A stretch of DNA of 63,959 nt, counting the filler, from Nemertoderma westbladi (Eukaryota > Animalia > Xenacoelomorpha): assembly GCA_032718475.1 (NCBI GenBank). It is 3 parts of 3 records of this genome, joined end to end, with 100 filler letters (N's around TTAATTAATTAA, not from the genome) between each part and the next. Parts side by side here need not be neighbours in the genome. Positions count along the whole stretch, not along the records: positions 28,175 to 54,499 come from JAUCBJ010005779.1; positions 54,600 to 63,959 come from JAUCBJ010006422.1; 1 more part is not named here. The stretch is one strand, 5' to 3'. Shown here piece by piece: positions 49,628 through 63,085 of the stretch. Position numbers and translations under genes: made by a program. Each line of letters begins with the position of its first letter. The first letter of the stretch is position 1. A model generated the notes under the pieces. That model saw only the letters and a program-made list of their open reading frames with translations, searched no databases and was not told the DNA's origin.

Positions 49628-51225
49628 CTGAACCACTTGACCAATAGGCGTTCAAATGATAGAACAAATACGAATGAGAACTCAAAGCAATCTTTACAAA
49701 GTTAATTCGAATAAAAATAAAATTTTGAAAATCCACGGCATTTAGGGAATATAATTCTATACCGGGAGTTCTTTTAACTCGGTATATCAATGAACTGATG
49801 AGTCAAAGAGTGTTTAATTTTCCGTAGCTTCGTGGTTGCATTTCCTTTAGGAAATGCCTTTCTTGTATAAAATTCAATTAACTAATTAATTAATTAACTT
49901 AGTATATAGTTGGGCATATCATACCACAACATATTAAAACAAGCTGAACACTATAAATAACTTGGAAAAAAAAATTAAGTATTTCAACTATTTTTCTCAC
50001 GCCAAATATGGAAGCAACACAGAAAACAATTTATTTAAAATCGTGAGAAATATTTAAATCTTTGGAAAAAATATTTGAATCTTACACATATTAGTTATCA
50101 CATCTGGGGAGGGGATGCGTCATAAAAGATAATAAGTCACACCAAGGGAAACAACGACCGCTTATTAGCGTACCTGTCGTGCATAATTTATTAGTAAACA
50201 TAGGATCGGGTGCTAATGAGGGAAAGTGTCACTAAAGTTATGTAATCCGATAACAGTGAGTTGAATGATTGTAAATAAAGTTTAGGTGTTCGATATATTG
50301 TGTGATGTTCTCGTGTTACTTTGGTAATTGTAATAATTAGATCGTTATTAAATAATTAAAAAAAAACTGTGCAGAAGATTTTACTGAACACGTTTCGGTT
50401 GCGCAATTGGCCGGTAATTAGAGATCTGAAAGACTGAAGCTGAAGTTGTTGGAGACACTCGTGAAGATTGTCCACCTTAGTTGACCTTCGGCCCTTCGGG
50501 GATTAAACATATGAAATACGGTACGGTACTGGAGATATTAAGGTAAGACATATGAGATGTTAGTGGTGTGTCAACAACCGAGGGTTTACTGTACGGTTTA
50601 CTGTACTGAAATTGATGTACTAATAACTTTTTACCTTAATAATTTGTTCTCATTGTATATTTTATTTGAATACAGTTTCAATAATATTGTGATAGTTTAA
50701 AAAGTGGCGTGGCAGGTTTTTTGTATTCCTTTATGGAGATAGGGGGGGGGGGGGGGGGGGGGGGATGGACTCATAACCCGCCTTGGCGAGATAATATCCC
50801 GCCTCAATGCTAAATTCTCAATTTAGGGAAAGGAGCAGGTTACAGTGGCACGTTATATTAACCAAAACAATAAACTAAGCACAATAGAACAGATTACAGT
50901 TTTTTTAGAGTTATCAGCTGTTATTAGCGTCGAATAGAGTTGGATGAATTTTTATTATGTCGAACCCCCCCCCCCCCCCCCCCCCCCCCCTATCTGAAAG
51001 TTGCAGTCAGTTGTCAGTTTTGGCGTTCTCACGGCAGATCAGAGAAGCAGAAATGTTAGAAAGAAATGAAACAATCAGCGTCAACCATAAAAAGTACCAC
51101 CACCACCACGACAATAGCGCAATAACAATAAGGCACTCTATCGAATCCACATTATTTTATTGTTTTCTCCAATAAAATTAAACATTTTTGAAAGTGTTTG
51201 TTAAATAATGTGTTGGGATACCTAC

Positions 51226-51413
51226 TTCAAATATAACAGATGTTACTCCCGTAATTAATGGTGCGTAACAAATGTAAGAATGTCCGACAACCCAACCCAG
51301 ATCGGAACCAGACCACCAGACTTCCCCGGGTTTAACGTCGTAGACACTAGCCATAGACCAGTGTTGGACCACTGCGTGACCCCCGTTGGTTCGGACGACG
51401 CCCTTCGGTTGAC
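51226..51413 (-). CDS. ACSS3: ACSS3 exon (most 5' exon found)
   Basis: cacgtag acceptor, (G)QPKGVVRTNGGHAVVQHWSMASVYDVKPGEVWWSGSDLGWVVGHSYICYAPLITGVTSVIFE, gtaggt donor. Includes the end of the AMP-binding P-loop (GxPKG). Confidence 0.95.
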
Positions 51414-51461
51414 CTACGTGCGAAACAATAGGGCAATCAGGCTATTAAATCTCAAAACCAG

Positions 51462-54400
51462 AACTACAGTCTAGAGGAGAGTTTAAGTACAGTAGTAAAC
51501 TACAGTCTAGAGGAGAGTTTAAGTACAGTAGTAAACTACAGTCTAGAGGAGAGTTTAAGTACAGTAGTAAACTACAGTCTAGAGGAGAGTTTAAGTACAG
51601 TAGTAAACTACAGTCTAGAGGAGAGTTTAAGTACAGTAGTAAACTACAGTCTAGAGGAGAGTTTAAGTACAGTAGTAAACTACAGTCTAGAGGAGAGTTT
51701 AAGTACAGTAGTAAACTACAGTCTAGAGGAGAGTTTAAGTACAGTAGTAAACTACAGTCTAGAGGAGAGTTTAAGTACAGTAGTAAACTACAGTCTAGAG
51801 GAGAGTTTAAGTACAGTAGTAAACTACAGTCTAGAGGAGAGTTTAAGTACAGTAGTAAACTACAGTCTAGAGGAGAGTTTAAGTACAGTAGTAAACTACA
51901 GTCTAGAGGAGAGTTTAAGTACAGTAGTAAACTACAGTCTAGAGGAGAGTTTAAGTACAGTAGTAAACTACAGTCTAGAGGAGAGTTTAAGTACAGTAGT
52001 AAACTACAGTCTAGAGGAGAGTTTAAGTACAGTAGTAAACTACAGTCTAGAGGAGAGTTTAAGTACAGTAGTAAACTACAGTCTAGAGGAGAGTTTAAGT
52101 ACAGTAGTAAACTACAGTCTAGAGGAGAGTTTAAGTACAGTAGTAAACTACAGTCTAGAGGAGAGTTTAAGTACAGTAGTAAACTACAGTCTAGAGGAGA
52201 GTTTAAGTACAGTAGTAAACTACAGTCTAGAGGAGAGTTTAAGTACAGTAGTAAACTACAGTCTAGAGGAGAGTTTAAGTACAGTAGTAAACTACAGTCT
52301 AGAGGAGAGTTTAAGTACAGTAGTAAACTACAGTCTAGAGGAGAGTTTAAGTACAGTAGTAAACTACAGTCTAGAGGAGAGTTTAAGTACAGTAGTAAAC
52401 TACAGTCTAGAGGAGAGTTTAAGTACAGTAGTAAACTACAGTCTAGAGGAGAGTTTAAGTACAGTAGTAAACTACAGTCTAGAGGAGAGTTTAAGTACAG
52501 TAGTAAACTACAGTCTAGAGGAGAGTTTAAGTACAGTAGTAAACTACAGTCTAGAGGAGAGTTTAAGTACAGTAGTAAACTACAGTCTAGAGGAGAGTTT
52601 AAGTACAGTAGTAAACTACAGTCTAGAGGAGAGTTTAAGTACAGTAGTAAACTACAGTCTAGAGGAGAGTTTAAGTACAGTAGTAAACTACAGTCTAGAG
52701 GAGAGTTTAAGTACAGTAGTAAACTACAGTCTAGAGGAGAGTTTAAGTACAGTAGTAAACTACAGTCTAGAGGAGAGTTTAAGTACAGTAGTAAACTACA
52801 GTCTAGAGGAGAGTTTAAGTACAGTAGTAAACTACAGTCTAGAGGAGAGTTTAAGTACAGTAGTAAACTACAGTCTAGAGGAGAGTTTAAGTACAGTAGT
52901 AAACTACAGTCTAGAGGAGAGTTTAAGTACAGTAGTAAACTACAGTCTAGAGGAGAGTTTAAGTACAGTTGTAAACTACAGTCTAGAGGAGAGTTTAAGT
53001 ACAGTAGTAAACTACAGTCTAGAGGAGAGTTTAAGTACAGTAGTAAACTACAGTCTAGAGGAGAGTTTAAGTACAGTAGTAAACTACAGTCTAGAGGAGA
53101 GTTTAAGTACAGTAGTAAACTACAGTCTAGAGGAGAGTTTAAGTACAGTAGTAAACTACAGTCTAGAGGAGAGTTTAAGTACAGTAGTAAACTACAGTCT
53201 AGAGGAGAGTTTAAGTACAGTAGTAAACTACAGTCTAGAGGAGAGTTTAAGTACAGTAGTAAACTACAGTCTAGAGGAGAGTTTAAGTACAGTAGTAAAC
53301 TACAGTCTAGAGGAGAGTTTAAGTACAGTAGTAAACTACAGTCTAGAGGAGAGTTTAAGTACAGTAGTAAACTACAGTCTAGAGGAGAGTTTAAGTACAG
53401 TAGTAAACTACAGTCTAGAGGAGAGTTTAAGTACAGTAGTAAACTACAGTCTAGAGGAGAGTTTAAGTACAGTAGTAAACTACAGTCTAGAGGAGAGTTT
53501 AAGTACAGTAGTAAACTACAGTCTAGAGGAGAGTTTAAGTACAGTAGTAAACTACAGTCTAGAGGAGAGTTTAAGTACAGTAGTAAACTACAGTCTAGAG
53601 GAGAGTTTAAGTACAGTAGTAAACTACAGTCTAGAGGAGAGTTTAAGTACAGTAGTAAACTACAGTCTAGAGGAGAGTTTAAGTACAGTAGTAAACTACA
53701 GTCTAGAGGAGAGTTTAAGTACAGTAGTAAACTACAGTCTAGAGGAGAGTTTAAGTACAGTAGTAAACTACAGTCTAGAGGAGAGTTTAAGTACAGTAGT
53801 AAACTACAGTCTAGAGGAGAGTTTAAGTACAGTAGTAAACTACAGTCTAGAGGAGAGTTTAAGTACAGTAGTAAACTACAGTCTAGAGGAGAGTTTAAGT
53901 ACAGTAGTAAACTACAGTCTAGAGGAGAGTTTAAGTACAGTAGTAAACTACAGTCTAGAGGAGAGTTTAAGTACAGTAGTAAACTACAGTCTAGAGGAGA
54001 GTTTAAGTACAGTAGTAAACTACAGTCTAGAGGAGAGTTTAAGTACAGTAGTAAACTACAGTCTAGAGGAGAGTTTAAGTACAGTAGTAAACTACAGTCT
54101 AGAGGAGAGTTTAAGTACAGTAGTAAACTACAGTCTAGAGGAGAGTTTAAGTACAGTAGTAAACTACAGTCTAGAGGAGAGTTTAAGTACAGTAGTAAAC
54201 TACAGTCTAGAGGAGAGTTTAAGTACAGTAGTAAACTACAGTCTAGAGGAGAGTTTAAGTACAGTAGTAAACTACAGTCTAGAGGAGAGTTTAAGTACAG
54301 TAGTAAACTACAGTCTAGAGGAGAGTTTAAGTACAGTAGTAAACTACAGTCTAGAGGAGAGTTTAAGTACAGTAGTAAACTACAGTCTAGAGGAGAGTTT

Positions 54401-54499
54401 AAGTACAGTAGTAAACTACAGTCTAGAGGAGAGTTTAAGTACAGTAGTAAACTACAGTCTAGAGGAGAGTTTAAGTACAGTAGTAAACTACAGTCTAGA
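51462..54499. repeat. 36-bp near-perfect tandem array, at least 84 copies, running into the gap
   Basis: Unit aactacagtctagaggagagtttaagtacagtagta. Only one variant was noticed (~52970). Confidence 0.98.
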
Positions 54500-54599
54500 N
54501 NNNNNNNNNNNNNNNNNNNNNNNNNNNNNNNNNNNNNNNNNNNTTAATTAATTAANNNNNNNNNNNNNNNNNNNNNNNNNNNNNNNNNNNNNNNNNNNN
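54500..54599. other. Assembly gap with artificial six-frame stop linker
   Basis: N-run, TTAATTAATTAA, N-run. Confidence 0.97.
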
Positions 54600-54649
54600 A
54601 ATAACAACGAATAGAGCCAAATAACAAATTTAGTTTCCTTCTATAGGTA

Positions 54650-55400
54650 TTACCCCGTCGTCAAGCGGAATATCTCTTCCCAGTGAATCCTATGTGAATA
54701 TGTAATATCGTAACTCCTGCTAAGTTAGGCGGTAGGCCAGAGCGGGCTCCTTAAATACATGCAACTACTGTATTATACTGTAGGTCAACTATAAAACATT
54801 TGCAATCCACAGTGAGTAACAACTGCAATAGGACACAACACACTGCTTTGTGTAACTAAAATTCATTCTCTTGATCCACCCCCTAACATAGCAGAGTGAG
54901 TAACCTTATTGTAGATATACCCTTAGGAAGCACTGGGAGAGCAATCAGCTTATGGGGTAATACATTAGAAACCAACAGCTTATGTGTGAGTAAACATTGC
55001 CTTTCCTTATAGCCTACTAGTAAAACTTGGCAACCAACACGTTTTAGTATGACTGTGTTTAACATATTAAGCCATATTTCATCATGAACACCAGCTGTTA
55101 TTTTACCATTGCTTTTAATTTCGCGACAAAATAATGTCAAAAAACTAAATATGTCGAATGCCACACATAGAATCGATCTGAAATTTTGTAACGTGATTAT
55201 GAACCACCAAAGCAAAGTACTTGCAAAATTTCATCAAAATCGCCAGGCAGGAAGTGCCTGAACCTGGATAATTATAACAGTCAGTCAGTCAGTCAGTGTT
55301 ATATATCCTGAGATTTTTACAGAAAGTATCCCGAGATTTTTACAGAAAGTATCCCTGAGATTTGTACAGTAAGTATCCCGCTGTCAAGCGGGCTCCTAAT
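54650..55400 (+). mobile_element. Probable DINE-1/Helentron-like non-autonomous element
   Basis: gcaaaatttcatcaaaatc core, (cagt)n microsatellite and a 3' hairpin cccgctgtcaagcggg echoed at the 5' end. Confidence 0.5.
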
Positions 55401-55584
55401 TACCTGAGTGGCTGATTTCTGAGTTGCGGATTCAACAGCTAAGCACTACTGTAGTCTGCTGCTAGCTGCCTGGCTGTAGTGCTGTCTGCTGTACACAAGG
55501 TGTACTAAATAACTATTTATGTTATATTATTATTATTATTATTATTATTACTGTAATATTATTATTTTTATTATTATTATTACT

Positions 55585-55617
<33 letters not shown>

Positions 55618-55729
55618 TATATTATGTATGTTATACTATTTACATTATTTAATAACTGTTATTTAGTACAAGCTGGCAAGCCTGGAGGGTTCACGGTCCT
55701 CCTACTTACTGACTTAATCAGTACAATAA

Positions 55730-56160
55730 TAATAACCGATACATCATTGTCGAAACGTACCCAGTATTCGGGTACCGGCTGGCGGCTGACCGGTACGTTT
55801 TCGTCCGGGTAGGCCTATGTTTCCTTTTCACTTGTTCCCATCGTAGGCGACCTCATGCTCATCCCACCACGACAACGACCACCAGTAACGAGTTGGGTAG
55901 GCAGTAGGCGTCTACCGGCAACCGGTAAGTAATTACGCGCCACACGACGTCATCCCGCCATCCGCCAACATTTATACCGGTAAGGTAAGCCTACCACCTA
56001 CCGGCTGGCTACCATCGCACCGTAGGTCTACCGCCTACACCTACCGGTCAACCGGTAACGGTAGGCTACCGCGTACCGGTACAGCGGTACTCAAAGTCGT
56101 ACCGGTATTGTCGTAATTGACAAATGCAGGATTAAACCGTAACCCGTTCCGGCAGACTGA
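55730..56160. promoter_or_regulatory. CpG-rich island, possible promoter or 5' UTR exon of the MBD2/3-like gene
   Basis: Locally CpG-dense with many accggt motifs. Donor-like ccg|gtaagt at ~55925 and ag|gtaagc at ~55985. Confidence 0.35.
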
Positions 56161-56954
56161 GTGCATAGTGCTAAGATTGCTAACCATTAACAAAACACAG
56201 TTCTTCGGCATACTGGACACTGGTACAAGTTAGCTATCTACTGCTAGGGCTAGGCTAGGACCTACTGCTGCACTGACCTATGACAGTACAGCAGTATGAA
56301 GATAGGCAGATAGGCCTACAGGCAGACAATCAGACAGTACTAGCAGTCTAGGGCCTACCGGACTGCAGTACCGGTACTGCAGTATTGGTAATTGCTAATG
56401 CTAATTAATTACCTTAATTAAATCTTCAATTAGGTCATAATGTAGGTCCAAATTTAAAAATCGGCCTCCGTTAATCGATTTAGAAATAATTCAGGTACCT
56501 CCATGCCAAATATCAGAATCATTCATTGCGTTCCCTATGACAAGATAGCTTTTTCCTAAACCATGCGAAAACATGCAAATATAGCGCTCACATCGCACAA
56601 ATACCATCTCGACACCCAATTTTTTGTATGAGCCTTCGCCATCCCTATATCTAACTTTTGTGCAAATTTTGTTTCGATTGATTAACAAATAACTGAGATA
56701 ACTGAGATATCGCTCTGGACACACACACACACACACATTACGGTAATAATGGTCACTTATGTCAAAGACCGTGAACCAATACTGTACCTTGGCTGTACTA
56801 CAGCTCAGCAGCTGTATGGCTGTATGGTGGTCCTGATCTGACAGATCAGCTGATTAGTGTACTGGCAGACTGGTGTATGCTGTATGCTAATGCTGTACTG
56901 CTGTCAGGCTGTACTGCTGTATCGTAACTCCTCGGATTGGTACCGGTAACAGTA

Positions 56955-57587
56955 ATGGCTGAAGTAATAAACTTGACTGACCAGCACAGCCAGTCGGTAC
57001 AACACCGACGGATAACGGGACCCCAGATCTCTGGCTCTCAATCCCACAAACACGGTAAACCCACGGATGTGTCGGTAGCTCGCCACTCCTCGCAGCTCGC
57101 ACCGATCAGACAAACCGCCTCGGTATTCCGACAACCGGTAACGCGCATCACGGCGCACGACTCCACGGTTCAGTGCGACGCGACCAGTAACCCGGTCCAG
57201 CCTAAGCAACTATTCTGGGAGAAGCGACTGCAAGGCGTTGAACCTAGGGACACACTCCTTGAGTTGATCAAACAGGTCGAGGTACCAGAGTCGATATGTA
57301 AGACAGTTGGCCCAGATGTCGGTACCGATATAATGCTTCACAGCATCACCACTGGTCTATATATGAAGGCTCATCAAGTGGTTGGGCAGACTGGTTCCCA
57401 GGCCGCCATAAAGAAGGACCCCGCCGTCTGGTTGAATACAAACCAACCGCTTTGCTCCCAGATCTTGGTGTCAGACGCCGATATCCGCAAACAGGAGGAT
57501 AAAATATCAGAAATTCGGAAAAAGTTAGCCGACGCTGTGCAGCAGAATGAACGCGAGATTATAAATGCAAGGGAATACCGTGTTTGA
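56955..57587 (+). CDS. MBD2/MBD3-family protein, C-terminal regions only (MBDa + MBD_C coiled coil), no MBD domain seen
   Basis: PIRQTASVFRQPVT, QPKQLFWEKRLQG, VGP, AVWLNTNQPLC and DIRKQEDKISEIRKKLADA match the MBD2/3 C-terminus. Single uninterrupted frame of 210 aa. Confidence 0.9.
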   Translation: MAEVINLTDQHSQSVQHRRITGPQISGSQSHKHGKPTDVSVARHSSQLAPIRQTASVFRQPVTRITAHDSTVQCDATSNPVQPKQLFWEKRLQGVEPRDTLLELIKQVEVPESICKTVGPDVGTDIMLHSITTGLYMKAHQVVGQTGSQAAIKKDPAVWLNTNQPLCSQILVSDADIRKQEDKISEIRKKLADAVQQNEREIINAREYRV

Positions 57588-59121
57588 AACTCGTTGGAGA
57601 GATTATCATTTACCGCATTACCGGTACCAGTATCGCATGTCAGAATACTGGAATAGATACCGGTAAGACAGCGATATCTAGGCCTATTCTGGAATATAGC
57701 CTACCTAAAATATAGACCTGGCCGCTGGGCCAGATGTCCTGCGATATTCAGGGATTTATATAGTGCTATAGACTAGTTAGGAAGTCAGTACTGCAGTAGG
57801 CCTAGTGTGTTTCATCCAATATGTCATTCATTATGTTCATGATGTGGTCACATTGCCTACTATAGACATATAGTCCATTCACCTTGTCGTATAATATAGT
57901 GTCTTTATTCCAGGGGTTGAAGAAACATACGTGTGGGTTTTTTGCATAGGTTTAAAAAAAATAAACCTGTACGGTTTATGGCCTATGGGTTGACTCGACG
58001 GGAGTCGGAGTATATCGGTCACCTTTCACAGGAAGTTTAACGTTTAAGACAAGTGCGACTCGACCATAAATAAATACCTAGTTATACAACATTATAGATT
58101 TCAAATATATTATATCAATAGCTAGTAAAAAAATAAGGCGAATTTATTACTTGTGAATAATTAAAAAAAAACTAAGAACCTTATTTTTTTCACTGAATTT
58201 TCAAATGACTTAAAAAGTAGTACCATTGGAAAGATGGTCTTGCAACGAATTCAAATATGTAACACAATCTGAATTTCGCATAGTTTTGCATCGGCGCTGT
58301 CTGGTTGTTGATTGTATTATTGCCCAGCTCAATATATGAGATACCGGTGAAGAAATTATATGTATTTATTAAATCGAATACAAAAGCCTCTCGCAAATGC
58401 AAATCCATTCAACTTTTGAACGCATGAAGACACTATATGAATTAAGACACTATATTCCAGGACATCTTGGTTTTAAAACCAGAGTGGAACATATTTAACA
58501 TCTCATTTACCTAAATATCCTGTATGTTTGTTTCTGATTTTTCAGAACTTGTGTTTTTACAAATTTCATTTTGAACCTCTGGTTTATAATATTGCCATTG
58601 GATTTGGTAAAGTTGTTTATTAAATATATTAATTAACTGTTTCTTTATATTATAGAGTATTGGCATTAATTTAAGCACAAAATTTGTTTTGATATATTAT
58701 ATGGAGTATAGTCTTCGAGTATTTATTGACTTGACGAATTATAACCCCCATCATCTATATTCAACATTACTAAATAGAGATTATATATTATTAGTAATTA
58801 TAACGAATATGAACTGCTCTGCTATAAGTCCCGCACATAATAATCTTTTCTTTCAGGAATTACTCGAATTTCAATGAATGTAAGTGAACATAGCACAAAT
58901 ATTGTTGTTTTTACGTAAATAAATATTATAATTATTAATTTTTTATTTCGAACACATCACTTGCACAATAATGGTAAAGATTAACTAGAGATAGAATAAC
59001 AATAAGAGTAAATTACATAACAAAATGAAGCACAAATTTACAATAAACGAGCACAAAATATAAGTTATAACTAGATTTTTTAGAGACAGGGGGGGGGGGG
59101 GGGGGGGGGGCTGAACGCAAA

Positions 59122-60675
59122 TCCAAACATTCCCATCCATCTTCCCACATTCCCATTTTCCTATATTCCCACCCACCTTCCCACATTCCAATCCACCTTC
59201 CCGCATTCCCTCATTCCCATCCATCTTCCCACATTCCCACCCACCTTCCCACATTCCTATCCACCTTCCCACATTCCTATCTTCCTACATTCCCACCCAC
59301 CTTCCCACATTCTTATCCACCTTCCCACATTCCCATCTTCCTATATTCACACCCAACTTCCCACATAACCATCTTCATACATACCCACCCACCTTCCAAC
59401 ATTCCCATCTTTCCACATTCTCACCCACCTTCCCACATTCCAATCCACCTTCCCGCATTCCCTCATTCCCATCCATCTTCCCACATTCCCACCCACCTTC
59501 CCACATTCCTATCCACCTTCCCACATTCCTATCTTCCTACATTCCCACCCACCTTCCCACATTCTTATCCACCTTCCCACATTCCCATCTTCCTATATTC
59601 ACACCCAACTTCCCACATAACCATCTTCATACATACCCACCCACCTTCCAACATTCCCATCTTTCCACATTCTCACCCACCTTCCCACATTCCAATCCAC
59701 CTTCCCGCATTCCCTCATTCCCATCCATCTTCCCACATTCCCACCCACCTTCCCACATTCCTATCCACCTTCCCACATTCCTATCTTCCTACATTCCCAC
59801 CCACCTTCTCACATTCCCATCTTCCCACCTTCCCATCCACCTTCCCGCATTCCCACATTCCCATCCACCTCCCCACCTCCCCACATTCCCATCCACCTTC
59901 CCGCATTACTATCTTCCCACATTCCTACCCACCTTCCCACATTCCTATCTTCCCACATTCCCATCTTCCCACATTCCCATCTTCACACATTCCAATATCC
60001 CAACATTCACATCTTCCCAGATTCCCATCTTCCTACATTCCCATCTTCCCACATTCCCATCTTCCAACATTCCCATCTTCCTACATTCCCACCCACTTTC
60101 CCATCTTCCTACATTCCCACACAACTTCCCACATAACCATCTTCTTACATTCCCTCCCACCTTCCCACATTCCCATCTTTCGACATTCCCATCTTCCTAC
60201 ATTTCCACCCACCTTCCCATCTTCCCACATTCCCATCCACATTCCCGCATTCCCATCTTCCCATATTCCGATCCACCTTCCGACATTCCCATCTTCCTAC
60301 ATTCCCACCCATCTTCCCATCTTCCCACATTCCCATCTTCACACATTCCCATCTTCCTACATTCCCACCTTCCCATCTTCCTACATTCCCACCCAACTTC
60401 CCACATAACCATCTTCCTACATTCCCACCCACATTCCCATCTTCCCACGTTCCCATCCACCTTCCCGCATTCCCATCTTCCCATCCACCTTCCCATATTC
60501 CCAACTTCCTACATTCCCACCCACCTTTCCATCTTCCCACATTCCCATCTTCCCACATTCCCACATTCCCATCTTCCTACATTCCCACCTTCCCACCCAC
60601 CTTTCCATATCCCCACCTTCCCACCTTCCTACAATCCCACCGACCGACCACGCCACCCACCCACCTACCCACCCC
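59122..60675. repeat. Degenerate C-rich simple repeat (ttcccacattcccatc-like) with 252-bp higher-order period
   Basis: The marker caatccaccttcccgcattccctc occurs at 59189, 59441 and 59693. Confidence 0.9.
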
Positions 60676-60699
60676 TTTAAACAAATGGTGACACATTTT

Positions 60700-63085
60700 A
60701 TTTCGACTTTCCTGGGCACTCTGGGAAAGTTCACATGGGCCTGAAATGTTGCAAGTCATGTAATGACATTTCTTCTAATTTATCACCAAGTTGTGGCTAT
60801 TGAAATAATTGCAACTCAATGCAGTTAAGGCCTCAAGATGTGACTTCAAATTGGCCAGCAGAATAATATCATCGCCGTAACTGATCCCATCGATTGATTG
60901 CTTACCTACATGTATACCATACCCTCTTAGTTCTATTTCTAGGAATAGTTTGGCCAAGTAGAAGTTAAATAAATAAGGGGATAGTACTCCTCCCCGACGA
61001 ACACCCTTCTCCAGCGAGATTCGCTCTACATAATTATATCCATTGCAACATAATACTGCGCTATTTACTATAGTAGGATTCTAAGGAATGTAATAAGTTA
61101 AGTTCCACATTTTGATCATATAACATCGAAAACAACTTCTTATGATTGATGCAGTCAAACGCTGAACTCAGATCAATTGACAGCATATGCATATCAGACT
61201 GCCCCTTGTGAAAATAGTCGATCAGACTGTTCACTTTTAAGTATTTAACGTTTCTAACCCTCACCTACTCCCTTATTGTCTCCATGCTTGGAGTCCCCAC
61301 CAGACTGTTCACTGTTATATATGTCATTTCTGTGCCACATTTAGATTTGTATCCCAACTGATTATCAGTAGATGCAAGATTGAAATATGGTAAGATTATG
61401 TGCTCCCATAGCTTTGCTACAGTCGGAATAATTGTCACGGCACGATAGTTTTTGAGAACAGATTTATCTAGTGCCTTCCCTTTGAACAATGGCATCAGAA
61501 GACCAACACATAGATCGTCAGGGCATGATCCTGTTGCTTTCATAGTGTTAAAAAGAAAGCTTAACTCACTTGCTATAACATCCCCAGGTCCATAATAAAA
61601 GTGTTCAGTTCTCAGACCAAAATAGTCGCTGCACTTTCCACGGTTAAGTGCTTTTATAGCCCTTTTAACTTGATCTACAATGATTCTATTGAGGTCATTA
61701 TTGACAATGGCAGTAGTTTGTCGCTTTTCTAATTTATCAGTGCCGGTACTTACTTCCCGAAAGTGGTCCTTTTAATGAGCAAATAGCCGATCAGCTACAT
61801 CTTCTGTGATATCTGTGGAATTCCTGTTTTCTTTGGTAAGTTTCCAAAATTTATGATCATTTTCTCTACATGACTTTATGAGATCACGAATGTGTGCTTG
61901 GTAGTTAATACGTTCAACTTTTGCGACTTCTTCACTATATGCCAACCATGAGACCTTATATTGAATAAAGAATTTGTCTGTACAGTCAGTTAATCGGCCA
62001 TTGCTACTCCGTGTTTCTTTGACTTTTTTTTCAGCAGCCTCCTTTAGTTCTCCTAAACTGCCTTTTGACACATGTCTAATCTTCCCCCTTCTTTTCCCTC
62101 TTTTGGATGGTCTGGGTATATGTTTTTTGGCTGCCTGTAGTAGATTAGCAGTGAGATCAGCCAAAGTGGTTTCGCAATCTTTCGGATCTGATGACCATAT
62201 CCGCTCAGGTCTAAACTTTATATTTGGCAAGCTTTTTGTTATTTCCTCTCAATATTTTTTATGTAACTGGTCTTGTGTAGCCCTTTTGAAATTAGGAATT
62301 GTAATATTGAAGGGGGACTTCTGTATCTGATTTCTATGCTGCACCTTCTTCTCAAACTTGAAGAGACATTGTACTGGGGTATGGTCGGAAAGGTTACAGA
62401 TATTGGTATCTAGCATGATACTATTCAACATATTGCTGTACAAGTCCTTGGAGATAATCACATGGTCAATAAAGCTGCTTCTCAAAACATTACCTTTTTT
62501 GTCTCTCCATCTATAATAAGTGACTTCCAACCCAGAAGCTTTGTCAGACACGCTTGCTACTGTTAACTGAAAGGGGTTGATTATGTCATTTGTGAAAATC
62601 TCCCCAAAGTGAGATATCGTATAGCAAATGCGCATCACTATTAAGTGGTCTCCCATTAATATCACCGAATAATATTAGTTTCAGGTTGTCATTATTCGCA
62701 TCTTCTATCAGTTCTAATAGTATTGTGCACTCTTTGAGTTTTCACGGTCAGCTTGCTTTCCATAATTAGCTGGCATGTATGTGCCAAGGATTGGTACATT
62801 TGGGATCGCTGGATGATTTGTAATCTCTAACTTAATAATCCGGTCTGAGTTTGCTATATCGCATATTACTGTGTATGGAATCAAGTCTCTCTTCACAAAT
62901 ACCGCTGTCTCTCCCATTCCCCGCTCCCGCACCTTGCATTTTTTGTGCATCATATCATCAGACACTGTATAAATATACTTGCAGGAATACTTATTGTTAA
63001 TTCTATCATCATGTAAGTGGAATGCAGACTCCCTGGGACCTAGCCAGGTTTCCTGCAAAAAATGTATATCAAGTATATTTTGCAA
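60700..63085 (-). mobile_element. Degraded non-LTR retrotransposon ORF2 (APE endonuclease + RT)
   Basis: Endonuclease motifs FLQETW, TYMP, IDHVIIS and SDHTPV. RT motifs NYRAVT, DLSSAFD, RGGVLSPYLF and YGDD. Multiple stops. Clade not assigned. Confidence 0.88.

Noticed and set aside
40982-54499. CRISPR-like appearance of the 56-bp and 36-bp arrays (also the 33-bp and 29-bp arrays)
   Set aside because: Units are head-to-tail with no unique spacers, there are no cas genes, and the context is spliceosomal introns.
59945-60759. Gly/Trp-rich ORFs on the minus strand
   Set aside because: They are translations of the simple repeat.
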